Notes: generated from the letters alone by a model not told the origin. Counted from the first letter of the stretch, positions 29,205 through 44,990 are shown. The stretch is 64,000 bases of DNA from Octopus vulgaris (GCA_951406725.2 OX597817.1:148986001-149050000); one strand, 5' to 3'. Program-made: numbers and translations.

Positions 29205-29416
29205 GAGGTGCTGTATAATGCGGACGTTGAGAAATTGTGTGTCAACAATGATCGGCTGGAGGCATGCTGGTTCTGCAAAACATGACAAGACCAAAGATAA
29301 GTCAATTGGAATGGAATGAAAGAAAATCTTAAGTAAAGATTAAATGAATACGGATAGCAGTGAACCAGGAGGAGTCTAATCTATTATAAAAGGTATAAGA
29401 ATGTTACACTTAGTGC
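29205..29416 (+). repeat. Right arm of the ~210-bp inverted duplication
   Basis: Reverse complement of 26942-27153. Confidence 0.9.
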
Positions 29417-29497
29417 AACAGGGTTTCAAGAATCGTATATGTCTATCTACCACTATGTCTCTCCTTTCAGCTCCTGTCTATCTGTGTCTTTCTCTAT

Positions 29498-29549
<52 letters not shown>

Positions 29550-29692
29550 GCATATTTCCGTGTGATTGCACAACAGATCAAGATATAATTCGTCGGAGTT
29601 CGCGTTCGTGTGGGGGATCTTTGTAAATGTTTAGTTATTGGTTGAACTGAAAACATGAAGTTTTCATGGGAGAAGGTGTAATAGATGTACGC

Positions 29693-29725
<33 letters not shown>

Positions 29726-29751
29726 CGCATTTATATGTATATGTATGTATG

Positions 29752-29856
<105 letters not shown>

Positions 29857-29877
29857 TTATATATATATATATATATA

Positions 29878-30252
29878 CTAGCAGTATCGCCCGGCGTTGC
29901 TCAGGTTTGTAAGGGAAATAACTATAAAGCATTTTTAGAGAGTTATAGCCAAAAAATAGCAAAAAAATGGAAAACAAATGATGGTAAATTTTTTTTGAGA
30001 GTTAAAAAAGGTAGAGTTGCGTCCCCTAGACGGTCTGTGGTTTGGGTTTCTAATTCTCGACCCCATGTCGAATTTATCGATTTTTTCAGAACTGGGGGAA
30101 CTTTTCAAAATTTTCGCTGCGTTAGTTTTGAATTATGACATTGGGCTATGTGTGTGTCAAGTTTCATCAGAATCGGTTGAAAGCCGTGGTCAGGGTGAGG
30201 GTACGAGAAAACAGACACACAGAAACACGCACAGACAAACTGCCGTTTATAT

Positions 30253-30257
<5 letters not shown>
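29878..30257 (-). mobile_element. Non-autonomous Helitron inserted in (TA)n
   Basis: Minus: A|TCTCTATATAAACGGCA ... GCAACGCCGGGCGATACTGCTAG|T. Confidence 0.8.
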
Positions 30258-30299
<42 letters not shown>

Positions 30300-30501
30300 A
30301 ACACACTTTTACGCAAATTTAAATGTGTATAGCTATAAAAATATATGTATACGAATATGTGTGTCCCTATACACCCCCCGACATACACACACACACACAT
30401 ATATATATATGTGTGTGTGTGTATACACACATTCACGCACACTCACACACATATGCATACATATACGCAAAAACACACTTGTGTGTGTGTATATATGTAT
30501 A

Positions 30502-30560
<59 letters not shown>

Positions 30561-30567
<7 letters not shown>

Positions 30568-30640
30568 GAAGGTACTCCGAAATCTTGATGGTTATACGTT
30601 AACATATTTTTTTAATATGTCACATGTTTTTATAAATCAT
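30561..30640 (-). mobile_element. Truncated copy of the 23851/40085 pLTR-like repeat abutting (TA)n
   Basis: ATTAGAAGAAGGTACTCCGAAATCTTGATGGTTATA resembles 23851-23890. Confidence 0.6.
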
Positions 30641-31288
30641 ATATACGCGAGTAGAAACTCCATATATATATATATATATATATACGAGTATATATAAACC
30701 ATATTTATATGAGGTTGCTCATACATAAACTTAAGTATCATAAGCGCTCATAATCTTATGGCCGAACATAAGATTGTAAGTGTCAATGTGCAATATTTAA
30801 ACATACACATATACACACACACTCTCTGTCTTATATAGACAAATAAGAAGTGTTTATCAATTTAGAACACTAATCGAGAGGCGTCATTAATATACTTCAG
30901 TAATCCAACCGAACGTTATTTATCTAGAAATTTAATAACATATCTATCGCCTCCCTTCATGGTGGCAATGTATTTGCTATAACGTTAATCTGTAACAAAC
31001 GGCACTGAATTAAAATTGATCTGTAAATACTATCTATCTTTAACAATTATAATCCATCATCCACGAAACACACGTCTTGAAATAATCAATAGATGCCATC
31101 TAAAACATACCTCTATTCAATAATCTCTATTAATAAATAATAAACGATATCATCCTCTTCAATTGGCAGATATTTCTTGCTAGATTGTCTCAATGTTTTA
31201 AGATATCCAGTCCTAATACACAAGCACTTCCTTTCACAATTTTGAGAAATATATATACAACTTTCTCTCAAGATATATATACGCACAA

Positions 31289-31326
<38 letters not shown>

Positions 31327-31371
31327 GTGTGTGTATGTAGGTAAGTATCTATGTATGTGTATATATATATG

Positions 31372-31430
<59 letters not shown>

Positions 31431-31486
31431 GCGTGTGTCTGTGTGTGCTGATGCATGTGTATGTTTGTGCGCATATGCGTATATGC

Positions 31487-31545
<59 letters not shown>

Positions 31546-31670
31546 TGAATATATATACATATATATACACATATACATATATCCATATATATATGTATAT
31601 ATGTATATATATCTATGAATATATATGAAGATATACATATGTGTTTGTGGATGTGTGTGCGTGTGTGTGT

Positions 31671-31725
<55 letters not shown>

Positions 31726-32362
31726 ACGTATTCTACGGGCTTCTGTTCACTGCAGGAGCAAATAAAAGCTAATTATGTGAACCCATTAAATCCTGTTCTC
31801 GACCGAATTCAAAGTCGTTGTGTTTATTGCATCAATTAGACCAACAACCTACCACAAAAACCACCACCACCACCACCGCAACTTCCACGGCTCTTTATGA
31901 CTTACCTCCCCTACTGTTCCTCTCGTTCTTCAGATTACCACAAAAACCCCTTTTCACTTTCCTTCTGTTTGCTGCAAACATGAATACACGTGCCCACAAT
32001 TTATGTCTGTGTGCATGTATGTATGTGTGTGTACATGTATGTAAATATGTAATGTATGTGCGTATGTAAATGTGTACGTGTGCGTATGCAATGTATGCGT
32101 GTATGTGTGTATGCAAGAATGCAGGTATGTACTGTGTGGGATTGAGGTGCTTTGGATGCTGCGTGTATTTCGATAAAAACACACACGTGTTGTTGGAAAC
32201 AACTTTTCATAAAATTATGCGGCAGAATTATATATATACACTTCCATAAGCACGTGTTTACGCGCGCTTGTGTGTGTGTCTATGTATATACATTACAAAG
32301 ATACATTATACATTATATATACATTACATATATACATTATATGTGTATATATATATATATAT

Positions 32363-32414
<52 letters not shown>

Positions 32415-33405
32415 GTGTAGATATACACACATATATATGTAAGTAGATGCATGTACATGTGTGTATGTATGTACGTATGTATATATGTATGGATGTGAGC
32501 CTATGTGTGTATGTATGCATGCATCTATTTATGTATGTATATATATATTTATATATGTACATGTATGTATATATCTCTATATATGTGTGTGTTTGTATGT
32601 ACGTATGTATGTATATGCGTGTGTATATAAATACAGAAACAGAGGACTATGATTGATTATATAGGGGGAACTTTTCAAGCGTGCGTATGTTACCCTCTAT
32701 ATGGGACTTTGTATACGCGTACACGAGAGTGTGTGTATCTGTGTGTGCGTGTGTGCCCGTGTGTGTGTTTGTGTATTTATGTGTGCACGCGTTTATGTGT
32801 ACGTGTGCGTATATATGTGTGCTTGTGTATGATTATTGTGTCTGGTCTAAACGTCTCCTTTTGATATTGTGAAAACACAAATAATAGACTTGAAAAAATA
32901 ATCAATTTTCTTCTGCGATGTCTTCATCTTCTCTTGTCATATTTCTAAACCTTTCATAGCATTTCGTTATTTATTCGTCAATACATATTATCTTTTCTAT
33001 TTACTCAATCAGTATATATTTAATATATCTACTCGGTTCGTTTCCTCAGTACATCGCACTTTATTCTTCATGTGTGGGTGTAAGTGTGTGTGTGTATACA
33101 TATGTAGGGAGTGTCAGAATGAGAGAGAGAAAGAGAGAGAGAGAGAAAACGATCGGAAACAATAGGTAAATACGTTGATAATCAAATACATATAAATATT
33201 TAAATACGCATATATCTATATTATACACATCTAGCAGGCAAACCCGTGCACAAGTGTGTAAATATACACTCAGATATATGTGTACCCAAATAATGATAAA
33301 TATATTCACAATATATATGTATATATGTATATTTATATATGTATATATATGTAAATATATAAATATATATATACATACATATATACATATATGTATATAT
33401 ATACA

Positions 33406-33456
<51 letters not shown>

Positions 33457-33485
33457 TATATTATATATATATATATATATATACA

Positions 33486-33584
<99 letters not shown>

Positions 33585-33585
33585 T

Positions 33586-33957
33586 GGAGGCGCAATGGCC
33601 CAGGGGTTAGGGACTCGCGGTCGTAGGATCGCGGTTTCGATTCCCAGACCGGGCGTTGTGAGTGTTTATTGAGCGAAAACACATAAAGCTCCACGAGGCT
33701 CCGGCAGGGATGGTGGTGATCCCTGCTGTACTCTTTAACCACAACTTTCTTTCACTCTTTCTTCCTGTTTCTGTTGTACCTGTATTTCAAAGGGCCGGCC
33801 TTGTCACTCTCTGTGTCACGCTAAATATCCCCCGAGAACTACGTTAAGGGCGCACGTGTCTGTGAAGTGCTCAGCCACTTACACGTTAATTTCACGAGCA
33901 GGTTGTTCCATTAATTGGATCAACCAGAACCCTCGTCGTCGTAACCGACGGAGTGCT
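33586..33957 (+). mobile_element. SINE family C (tRNA-derived, OR-like head), tail type 1
   Basis: GGAGGCGCAATGGCCCAGGGGTTAG...GGTTTCGATTCCC; head shared with 46051-46343 and 50152-50444. Confidence 0.85.
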
Positions 33958-33972
33958 TCCATCCCTATATAT

Positions 33973-34219
33973 ACTCTTTACTGTTTTACTTGTTTCAGTC
34001 ATTTACTCGAGCAAATCGGCCCCAGGACTTATTCTTTGTAACCCTAGTACTTATTCTATCGGCTCTTTTTGCCGAACCGCTAGATTACGGGGACGTAAAC
34101 ACATCGGTTGTCAAGCGATGTTGTGAGAACAAACGCAGACACACAAACATATATACACATACATACAGACATACATACATACATACATACATACATACAT
34201 ACATACATACATACATACG

Positions 34220-34303
<84 letters not shown>

Positions 34304-34468
34304 ACGGGCGTCTTTCAGTTTCTGTCTACCAGATCCACTCACAAGGCTTTGGTCGGCCCTACGCTATAGTAGAAGACTCTTGCCCAAGGTGCCACGCAGT
34401 GAGACTGGCCTCGGAACGGAACCATGTTGTTCGTAAGCAAGTTACTTACCACACAGCCGCTCCTGCAC
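33973..34468 (-). mobile_element. SINE family A with expanded internal microsatellite
   Basis: Aligns to 7802-8237. Confidence 0.85.
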
Positions 34469-35171
34469 AGTCGTGTTCAAGTATTACCATCGCCTGATTG
34501 ATAGTTCCACACGTGCGAAGGCTACGACCAGCCATTTTTGTGATAGGTTTTGCAGTTTTGTTTTCAAGCGATGCCTGTGCATCAGGATTTTTATTGTGGT
34601 GGAAGGATTTGCACAAATGCCATCCCACTTTCTGTACATGGACAACAGAAACTCGAAAAGACGAACTGGTCGACTTCGTCGAATAATGTTAGTGCCGCAG
34701 GTTTTCTTTGAGTTTCCTTTTCCTGGGGAGATGTGACAATAGAGCCCCACCCGCCTCATTCCTTGTAGACCAACCGCGCGCCTGGATACCAACCCAGATA
34801 TTGCCACGTCCCCGCACATACATACACACATACATACATACATACATACATACATACATACATACATACATACATACATGCATGCATACATACATACATA
34901 CATACATACATACATACATACATACATACATACATACATACATACATACATACATACATACATACATACATACATACATACATACACATGTACACAATTT
35001 ATTGGATGGAGTTGACAGCTCATGAGCTCTTCCACACTTTGACAGGTCTTATTTTTCGTCCTGCAGTGTGTCCAAAAATCGCACTCCTCACCAAGCAAGC
35101 TTGATGGGGTTGCTTAAGTTAGATGCACCATAATTCTGTATGGTGTTATCCATATAAATCCATAGGGTGAT

Positions 35172-35541
35172 TATAATCAAAATAAGCATAAAGAATAACT
35201 TCGGTAATTTGGTACGATCGTTTCGCACTACCTCATCTTATCAAATGTTGTAAGTATTACAACAGTTTTAAAATGCCGAGCACTCATGAACCATTCATAG
35301 AGGTTTTCCATTAATACATAATTTTCATATCAAGTGATAACATTATAGAGAAGGTAGATATATAGACAAAGATGTGGATTTAAATTTTAAGAATATTTGA
35401 GGCAGTGGAGTTTATCAACTGACTGACTAAAATTCAGTTGCTCCGAACTACTGTAAGGTTCTGAGAGGAATGGACAAGTGAAAGAGACAACAAAGATCGT
35501 ACCAAATTAACGAAGATATTCTTGTTACTTATTTTGATTAT
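35172..35541. mobile_element. Fold-back element ending in (TA)n, ~48-bp arms, with half hammerhead motif
   Basis: TAATCAAAATAAG..TAATTTGGTACGATC / GATCGTACCAAATTA..CTTATTTTGATTA; minus strand has GAA-ACGATCGT-A at 35213-35224. Confidence 0.65.
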
Positions 35542-35543
35542 AT

Positions 35544-35647
<104 letters not shown>

Positions 35648-35732
35648 ACCAAGGAAAAGACCATGTCCTTCAAAGGGATGGAAGACATCCAATTGTCACT
35701 GTTGAATACCATAACAATATGGTATAATTACA

Positions 35733-36954
35733 ATATACAAATATTAAAGGAAATAGAGAAATACAATTGACATATTAAAGATGTATTTATATAATAATAT
35801 AACATAATTATACTATAAAATATATATAATATAATAAAAAAAATTAACAAATATAAATCCAGCAACTACTTTCGACTCATATCGACTAGTGAATTTATAA
35901 AATTTTACATATATGCATATGAGTCTCCTCGGGGTAATATTTGTTAAAAAAAGGAAAAAACAAAAATTCCATGGAAGGACTACTAATTCATAAAAGAGAA
36001 TGATTTAAAATATACATATGTTTACAAGCGTGAGCGTTAATAATTCAAATATGAATATAATAAAAACAAAAACAAAATTTAGATTGATAAATAATTAAGA
36101 AAAAGAAAAATTACAACGGTCACAAAATATTCTTATGTATCTCCAATAATATTAAACTAAAAAACAATTTAATTGAAAATAATCACTGTCCATTTTATTA
36201 TATAATGAGATCTATATATGTTGAGAATGTATGGTGGAGTAGGAAATATATTTTATTTAATATGATTATATACTGGCGCACATTCGTCCTCAGCTGCCTG
36301 GATTACTGCTCAAAGCTATGGTCACCCACCAGTGTAAAATAAACAGCGGACCGTGAAGCAATCCAGAGAAGATTCACAAAGAAGATCGTCTCTTTGCAAC
36401 AGCTCAACTACTGGGAAAGGTTGAAACAGCTAAGACTCTACTCCCTGGAGAGAAGACGGGAGAGGTATGCAGTAATATATGTCTGGAAGATCCTGGAAGA
36501 AATTGTGCCAAATTTTGGCATTGAAAGCTACACCAATGCCAGAACGGGATGACACTGCATAGTGCCAAAGACCCCAGCAATGCCATCACGCTTCAGGACC
36601 AGCTTCTGCAACAGCCTGGGTTTCAAGGGCCCACAGCTTTTTAATATTCTCTCAAAGAGTCTGAGGAACTTGCACAAAGTAGATGCAGCGGTTTTTAAAT
36701 CTAAGCTGGACATCTTCCTGTCGAGAGTCCCAGAAAAAATATATATTTTATTTAATATGATTATATACTATGTAAAAATATATATATATTTTATTTAATA
36801 CGATTATATACTATTTAAAAAAAAATAATTGTTGGATTTATATTTGTTTTAATTATTTGTTATATTATATCATTTTATAGTAAAACTATACCATAATGTA
36901 AAAATATTTTTAATATGTCAATTTTATTTCTCTATTTCCTTTAACATTTGTATA
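35733..36954. repeat. Diverged inverted repeat (~130-bp arms: 35733-35866 and 36827-36954) with a degenerate hammerhead motif at 35864-35932 (-)
   Basis: TTAAAGGAAATAGAGAAATA / TATTTCTCTATTTCCTTTAA; ACAAATATAAATCCA / TGGATTTATATTTGT; minus CCGAGGA-GACTCATAT...ATATGAGTC-GAAAGTAGTT. Confidence 0.65.
36275..36734 (+). mobile_element. CR1-clade LINE ORF2 C-terminal fragment (pseudogene)
   Basis: LDYCSKLWSP..EAIQRRFTKKI..YWERLKQLRLYSLERRRERYAVIYVWKIL; homologous to 62296-62755. Confidence 0.85.
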
Positions 36955-36995
36955 CAGTAATACCTCGGTCTTCGAACAAATCTGATCGCGAATAG

Positions 36996-37034
<39 letters not shown>

Positions 37035-37105
37035 CATGATTTATTCGTGATCAGAGGCATTCGTAAAAAGACGAGAGATAAAGTTCGAAGGCCAAAGTTG
37101 CACTG
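36955..37105. mobile_element. pogo/Tigger-type MITE
   Basis: TA|CAGTAATACCTCGGTCTTCGAAC ... GTTCGAAGGCCAAAGTTGCACTG|TA imperfect TIRs with TA flanks. Confidence 0.6.
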
Positions 37106-37114
37106 TATATATAT

Positions 37115-37166
<52 letters not shown>

Positions 37167-38380
37167 ATATATGTATATATTTAAAAAATGAGTAAACATG
37201 CCTTTTGTGGGGATAATTTTTGTATTAATCTTAATAATAACGTTTACTGTAAACATTATTAAGATTAAAATAAGAATTCCCGGTACTAAAATGTTCTTCA
37301 TGATAAAATCATTGTAACATTTTCTACCTTGTCTTACTTTCCGTACACACATATATATGTGTGTGTGTGTATGTGTGTGTGTGTGTTTGTGTTTGTGTAT
37401 GTATGTATATCGATATATCTGTCTAATTTTCCTTTTAATGACTATTATAATTTTTCGTTTTGGTATTACAGTGCTAAACATATGCCTAATTTACTCATCT
37501 ATCTGTATATATGTATGTGCGTAAATATGTCTGTGTGCGTGCGCGCGTGTATATCTATGCCTGTTTGTATGCATGCATATCGATGTATATAACTTATAAA
37601 TCACACACACGCGCACACACACACAAACACACACACAAATATATATATACATAGGTTCACAAGGAATACAATAAGATATAAATAATAGGTAAATTTAGAA
37701 CGTTCAGTGAAATATCCTTTGATCTATTTGCGATCTATTTAGAAGTGACCTAATTAAGCTACGAGTACGAGAAGACTCCCTCCTTTTCATTGCAAATTCT
37801 TGCTCTGTATTTTACGAGAACACAGTTCAGTCACTGAAGGAATGGCAATGATCATGTCTTTACAAATCTTCCGATATAGGCGAAGAAGGAGATGAGGTTA
37901 TCATTAGAGCAGATACCTGCACATTTTTATCTCTTTTTCTTTTACTTGTTTTCTCATGTTTTCCTTTCTTTTTTCGCTCTTCAGTTTCCTTCATCGATTC
38001 ACTTAATACTTCCCATTGAAAGACTTTGTGCTTTCTCTCACTTTTTCTTTTACTTTCGTAGGTACGGAAAATATGTAGTATATATATCTAGAAATTCTAC
38101 ATGTCACTCTATAACCTGCAATTTGTACTTAGAATACATGTACATACACACATACGGACATACATACAAGGAACTGTCGTCGCTGTACTACCAATATTAG
38201 GACGTGACATCACATGACCTTCTTGACCAATAGCAACCCAACCGCCGGTAGCTTCGTGAACTTGCTGCACCTCTATTGTCATTTGAATTTTCACTGGCTC
38301 GAAGATAAACCTCGTTAGCGATTTAGAAAATATTAGTATCACGGAATTTGAATCAAACTGTTCTGATTCATATCTATTAA

Positions 38381-38442
<62 letters not shown>

Positions 38443-38523
38443 GTATATATATTTGTATGATTGTATGTATGTATGTATGTATGTATGTATGTATGCATGT
38501 ATATATGTATGTATGAATGTATG

Positions 38524-38625
<102 letters not shown>

Positions 38626-38648
38626 CAGACAGATAGATAGATAGATAA

Positions 38649-38755
<107 letters not shown>

Positions 38756-38907
38756 CATACATATATAGATATATGCACACACACACACACACTTACGCAC
38801 ACACACAGAAACATGACAGAAGTAAAGACACCCTTATACTCGTTAAAGTTTATTTAAATCTGAAACTTTTCATTCAAATTATTTATTAATTACTATAACG
38901 TGAATAT

Positions 38908-39894
38908 TTAGTATTTAGTAGACATATTTACATTTTTCAATGCGAGAATCCTAGACAAATATTCTCGAGGAACATTTTGCCAAGTTTCATGCTGTAATCT
39001 CAAAAGATCTGGCTTTGAGTATGCTGTGTTCTTTTTATGAAGTGTTCTGTTCATTATGACCCAGAGCTGTCCAATAGAATTCATATCTAGTGACTGATTT
39101 TGCCATCGAGCCTTTTTAATGACATTCTCTTCCAACCAGCCTCAGGTCTTTTCAGCCGTGTGACAAGGAACCCCATCTCCAATAAATTAAGAGTCTTCTT
39201 TAATAATTTCACCACTGGAGAAGATTGGAAGGAGTCCTTTCTACAATATGAACACATATTTTTATGAGTTTATATTTCCCTCACACTGCACCAATTCTAA
39301 TCAACCATTGCTCTAAATTTCTCCGCGGACCATCCCAGAATAGCTGCCGTGTTCCATTGTTGGCTTCAATCTTTTTATATAAAAGTCTCGAGCACAGAGT
39401 CTTCAGATCCACACTAGACCACTGTCAGAAAATACAGTAAATTCGAACTCATCAGAGAATATGAAAATGTCCCAATTCCAGTGGCCTCTCCACTATCTCA
39501 CTGGCCCAATCCTTTCTCCACTTGATTTTGGCTGGTCGAAGTAGTGGCTTCTTTCTTGCCACTTTGTCATAGTAGCCAAATTTGTGGAGATACCTGGCAG
39601 CTGTTCTCAAATTGACGTCAATTTGTTCGGCTATGTCAGAGACTTTGCAACGAGGATTATTCCTCCACACTTCACTTAACGAAGTGAAAAGTCAGAGGGC
39701 CCTGGTTGACCTGGGCGAGGTAATATGGACTCCTTGCCCTCCCTCGTGAATTTCACAATCACTCTATTAACCGTAATAGTGGGATCCCAAGGTTTTCCGC
39801 AATTTTACTCTGACTAGATCCACCTTCAGATTGTCTTTCAATACGGCCTCTTTGAAATTCGGACAGTTCCAAGTCTTCTATTTTTATGTGGCAT
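38908..39894 (-). pseudogene. Tc1/mariner transposase, decayed
   Basis: [52 protein letters not shown], ends TKY*; multiple frameshifts. Confidence 0.88.
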
Positions 39895-40019
39895 GATTAA
39901 ACAGTCACATAGGGAACCTGAAACATAAATATGTCAATTAATAAATAATATAAATCTTTAAAGCTAAAATAAGCACAAAACAATGTTTTACATGGTGTCA
40001 ATCTCACATGTCTCTGTGC

Positions 40020-40070
<51 letters not shown>

Positions 40071-40084
40071 TATACATATATATA

Positions 40085-40228
40085 GTTCAATTTGACAACT
40101 CCACTAGAATGGACGAAAGCGCCCTTATATGATATATGATATATGATGTATAAAACATGTAATATTCAAATAAATATCTGTAAATATATAACCATTAGAA
40201 TTTCTGAGAGTACCTCATTTCTTCTAAT
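40085..40228 (+). mobile_element. Solo pLTR-like repeat with degenerate U3-A8 hammerhead (40089-40125)
   Basis: TTGACAA-cTCCA(ctagaa)TGGAc-GAA-AGCGCc; reverse-complement homologue of 23851-23987. Confidence 0.65.
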
Positions 40229-40264
40229 ATAAAATACCTGTACATCATCTCCAAACCTTCTAAC

Positions 40265-40336
<72 letters not shown>

Positions 40337-43195
40337 GTACATACATATATACATACATACATATATACATACATACATACATACATACATACATACATAC
40401 ATACATGCATACATACATACATACATGCATACATACATACGTACATACATATGTGAATTATTATCATTTACTGTAGACCGTATTTAAATATGAGTTACAA
40501 ATAGTTTCATGCTGAGGAAGCACAGTAAAGCGCTAGATTATTACATCATGCCTTAGGTCACTAAGCAATCCTTCAGACTCGATTGCTTGAAGACCCAATG
40601 CATGATATATAAATCTGCCGAATTCATAGGGTTTCCACAACATGAAATTATTGGTACCTCACGTTTAAATACTAAATATATTAGACCATATTTATCTCTC
40701 ACGGGATGGATTACGTCTACCTTGATCCCACTAATAACAGTAAACTATGTATGTGTCCGTGTGGGAGGATTGCTTACTGTGTGTGTGTGTGTGTGTGTTA
40801 AAGAAACATATATATCTTCCAATCTCTCTGAAAGGAGTTTTGGTGAAATGTAGCATGCCAGGAAAACGAATGGCAAAACAACCTAAAAAGGGAGTTAGAT
40901 GTGCTTCGGAAACTTAATGCTACTGAATTGTCAAACCAATTATAACAGATTGTTTGTTCCAAAATTTAATCACGGCCTTCCATGCATGTAGAAAGCGAAA
41001 CACACTTTTAAAGATGGAGTTTACTTTGTATCCACTGCAGATACAAGACATTCATGAGTTCACGATTCTCAATGATTTTTACTAGCATCATAAATTAAAG
41101 ACTAAGATGCATATTTTACAAACATGCACACACACGCACACACGCCCGCACAAACATGTACACATATACACACATACACACTCACACACACATAGATATG
41201 CAGCAGTGACTTGTCTATCAACGATGTACATACCTTAAGAATAATACAGAGATGACTATAAAGGGCTACGTATGTGTGTGTGTATATATATAGATATAAA
41301 TATATATGTATACAGATGGATGGGTGGATGATGATACAAGTCCGTAATTATTGTGAATTGTCCTTCAATTAACTTTGAATGAAGACTGGCAAATTAATTT
41401 TATTGGCAATTCCACTAAGAATGGATCGGTAAATGCTAAATCGCATTGAACAGTTTTATTAGCTTTAATAAAACAATGTTTTGATAAATTATATAACATA
41501 TTACTCTCTGGCCACTAATGACTCCTAGCAAGACCGATTTTCATCTCTTTTTTTTTGTTTAATTATTTCACATATTACTCTTTATTTTAATTAATCTTTA
41601 GCTTTATTATTTAAACTACACACTAATAATTTTTACACTTTATATTTGCATCATTTCTACCGAATTTGGTGACTCATACACAACATCTTTTGAATTTGAA
41701 TTCTGAAAATGTAAAGAAATTTACTATCAAGTAACATACATTTCCGTCAATTTGTATTGGGCAACCAGCATTTTCCAAGATTCACAGATGTAACCTCCTT
41801 AAAAAGCTGCTAAAATTGTTTTTTTTACGCCAACGCGTACGACAAGATTTGTTTAGAAAGAATGAATATTTTAAATTTGATCACCATTTACATTGTATTT
41901 GCTTGAGAATCCTATTCAATATATTTTGGAGAAAAATTATAATCTGGAAATGTCAGTAAATATCAAAGGAATTACGTTTTATATTTCCAATAATGAAACG
42001 ATGGATGGAGAAATTGGAAGCGGACAGGGTCAGCAGTTTAGAAACAAGGAAGCAATAATAACTGTGGAATGGCTTTAGTATATGCAAGCAAAATAGTGAA
42101 AAATAATGTGAATCCAATAATGAAAAATTTAGCATAGGTGTGTCACATAAGATGAAAATTTTAAAAAATAATAATTCATTGATTTTTTTTGTTTTTGCTA
42201 TTTCTTTTAGTTTTTATCATTTTTAGACAAAATATGATTACAATCGTAAACAGAATATATTTATACACATATTTATGCACATTGTCATCATTTGCATCGC
42301 AAAAACTTACAACAAATCAGTGAGATATTACTGTTTTATGCCCACCCTCCTATTCCTTTCTCTTTTCTTTATTCTTCCACACGGGCTTTTTCTTTCATTA
42401 TATCACACTTTGCGTTCTTTCACACTCTGCTTTATTCGCTTTCGGAGATAGAGGATGAGCGGGAAATGATAACGGATAAAAAAACTGTGGGAGAGACCAA
42501 CATCTTTATTAAAGAAAGAAAATTAATAAGTATGTAAGATCAAAGCAAATTGAAATATAACTAACGCTCGTTCAGCTTTCATTTATGATTAGACGACTCA
42601 TTAAGTGGATGTAGAAATACAAAATATTACATGCGTGTGTGTAATTGTGTGTTTGTGTGTGTGCGTGTGTGTGTATATATGTATGTGGGGAATTGTATGT
42701 GTGTGTATGTATGTATAACCATACACATTTATGAATATATATTTATATATGTGTGTGTATTTTTATGTGTGTGTGTATGTGCGTGTGTTTATGTATACAT
42801 ATGTGTATGTATATATATATATATTTTATGTATGTATGTGTGTATGTATGTATGTATGTATGTATGTATGTATGTATGTATGTGTGTGTATGTGTGTGTG
42901 CATGTGCATAGTCATACGTTAGAATAGGTATGTATAAATTTGTGAGTGAATCTGTCAATAGATTTAATCTATCTATACACAGTTATGTATATGGTGTTTG
43001 CATATATCTACATATTTGTCGTGTATCAATGTGTTGCCTGTTGATACACATACCCGTGGATATGTATGGCACCATATACATATACATACATATATATATA
43101 TATATGTATGTATATATATATATATATATAGATAGATAGATAGATATAGATAGATATATATGCATATATTTTATATTATATTATATTGGTATGTA

Positions 43196-43239
<44 letters not shown>

Positions 43240-43472
43240 CTATGCATATATGTATGCATGTATGTATGTATACAAGTTGTTATTTATATGCCTTTGTATC
43301 TGTGTAAGTGTGTAATGCTTTGCCATTAATTCTATATTTGTGCCTGTGTCCAATCTTTATCACCTATAATCTATTTCTGTCTAATATTGATATTTATCTC
43401 CACCCTATAACATTCTTTCTTGAAAGATATAACATACAAAGCAACCCTCTCTCTCTCTCTTTCATTCTTTAA

Positions 43473-43503
<31 letters not shown>

Positions 43504-44023
43504 TATATATAAATTTATCTGTCTATCTATTTGCCTATTTATCTTCTATTTAACTCCCTATCTAAGGCATTCTTTCAACGTGTTCCCTCTATCACCGCTG
43601 CTGCTGCTGCACGTTATAGCGATTTTCGTTTCGTTTCCGGGAACGAGGCGAATATATGTTCGGATTGCAAATTTATAAAAGATTTTCTCAAGAAATCTGC
43701 TGCAGCCTGACAAACAATATACGAACGAATATTGTTTATCCACTTTGTTTCTCATTAGTTGTTTTGGCAGAATGCCATGTCTTAAGATCGGGACAAAATA
43801 TTTTATCAATGAAGCTCCTCCTTATCTACAATATTCCACCACCATCTGCAAACATATTTCGGATAAAAAAAACAACAACGAATATGAAAACAGCTTTAAA
43901 ACTTCAAACACGTACAGACACCTAAAGTAGCAGACGAATGCATATAAATAGAGCGTATATAAAGGTGTGTTTCTGCGTGCGCGCGAGTGTGATATTCAAA
44001 TAAACCAACAAGGTGGTACTTAA

Positions 44024-44729
<706 letters not shown>

Positions 44730-44920
44730 TATTCGTGTTGACAAAATTATCTATGAATTTGGAAATTTATGTCAACTGACGTTTTGCATGCAGCAATATC
44801 ATTGGTGAAGATGCATTTGTAATTATTGAAATTCCTATAAAAAAAACATCTTCATTTTAATACATACGCATATGTATATACGTGTACACACATACACACG
44901 CAGATACACACAAACACACA

Positions 44921-44990
44921 TTTATATGTCTAGTGGTCAGGATTCCTGACTTTCAAACAGGCGGCCCGAGTTCGATTTCTTTCATGAGAA
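44921..44990 (+). pseudogene. tRNA-Glu(TTC) pseudogene or tRNA-derived fragment
   Basis: GTCTAGTGGTCAGGATT-CCTGa-CTTTCAA-aCAGG-CGGCCCGAGTTCGAT matches the eukaryotic tRNA-Glu pattern; acceptor and T stems broken. Confidence 0.7.

Noticed and set aside
34470-35130. GC-richer segment split by (CATA)n, possibly a LINE 5' region
   Set aside because: Single copy in the window and no convincing protein motif; not classifiable here.
40508-40605. TCATG-CTGAGGA-AGCA...TGCT...CATGA hammerhead-like layout
   Set aside because: The second core reads TGAAGACCCAATG, with no valid GAAA or stem III.
41639-41810. Possible minus-strand exon pair
   Set aside because: The implied intron is only ~37 nt and the peptides are unrecognisable.
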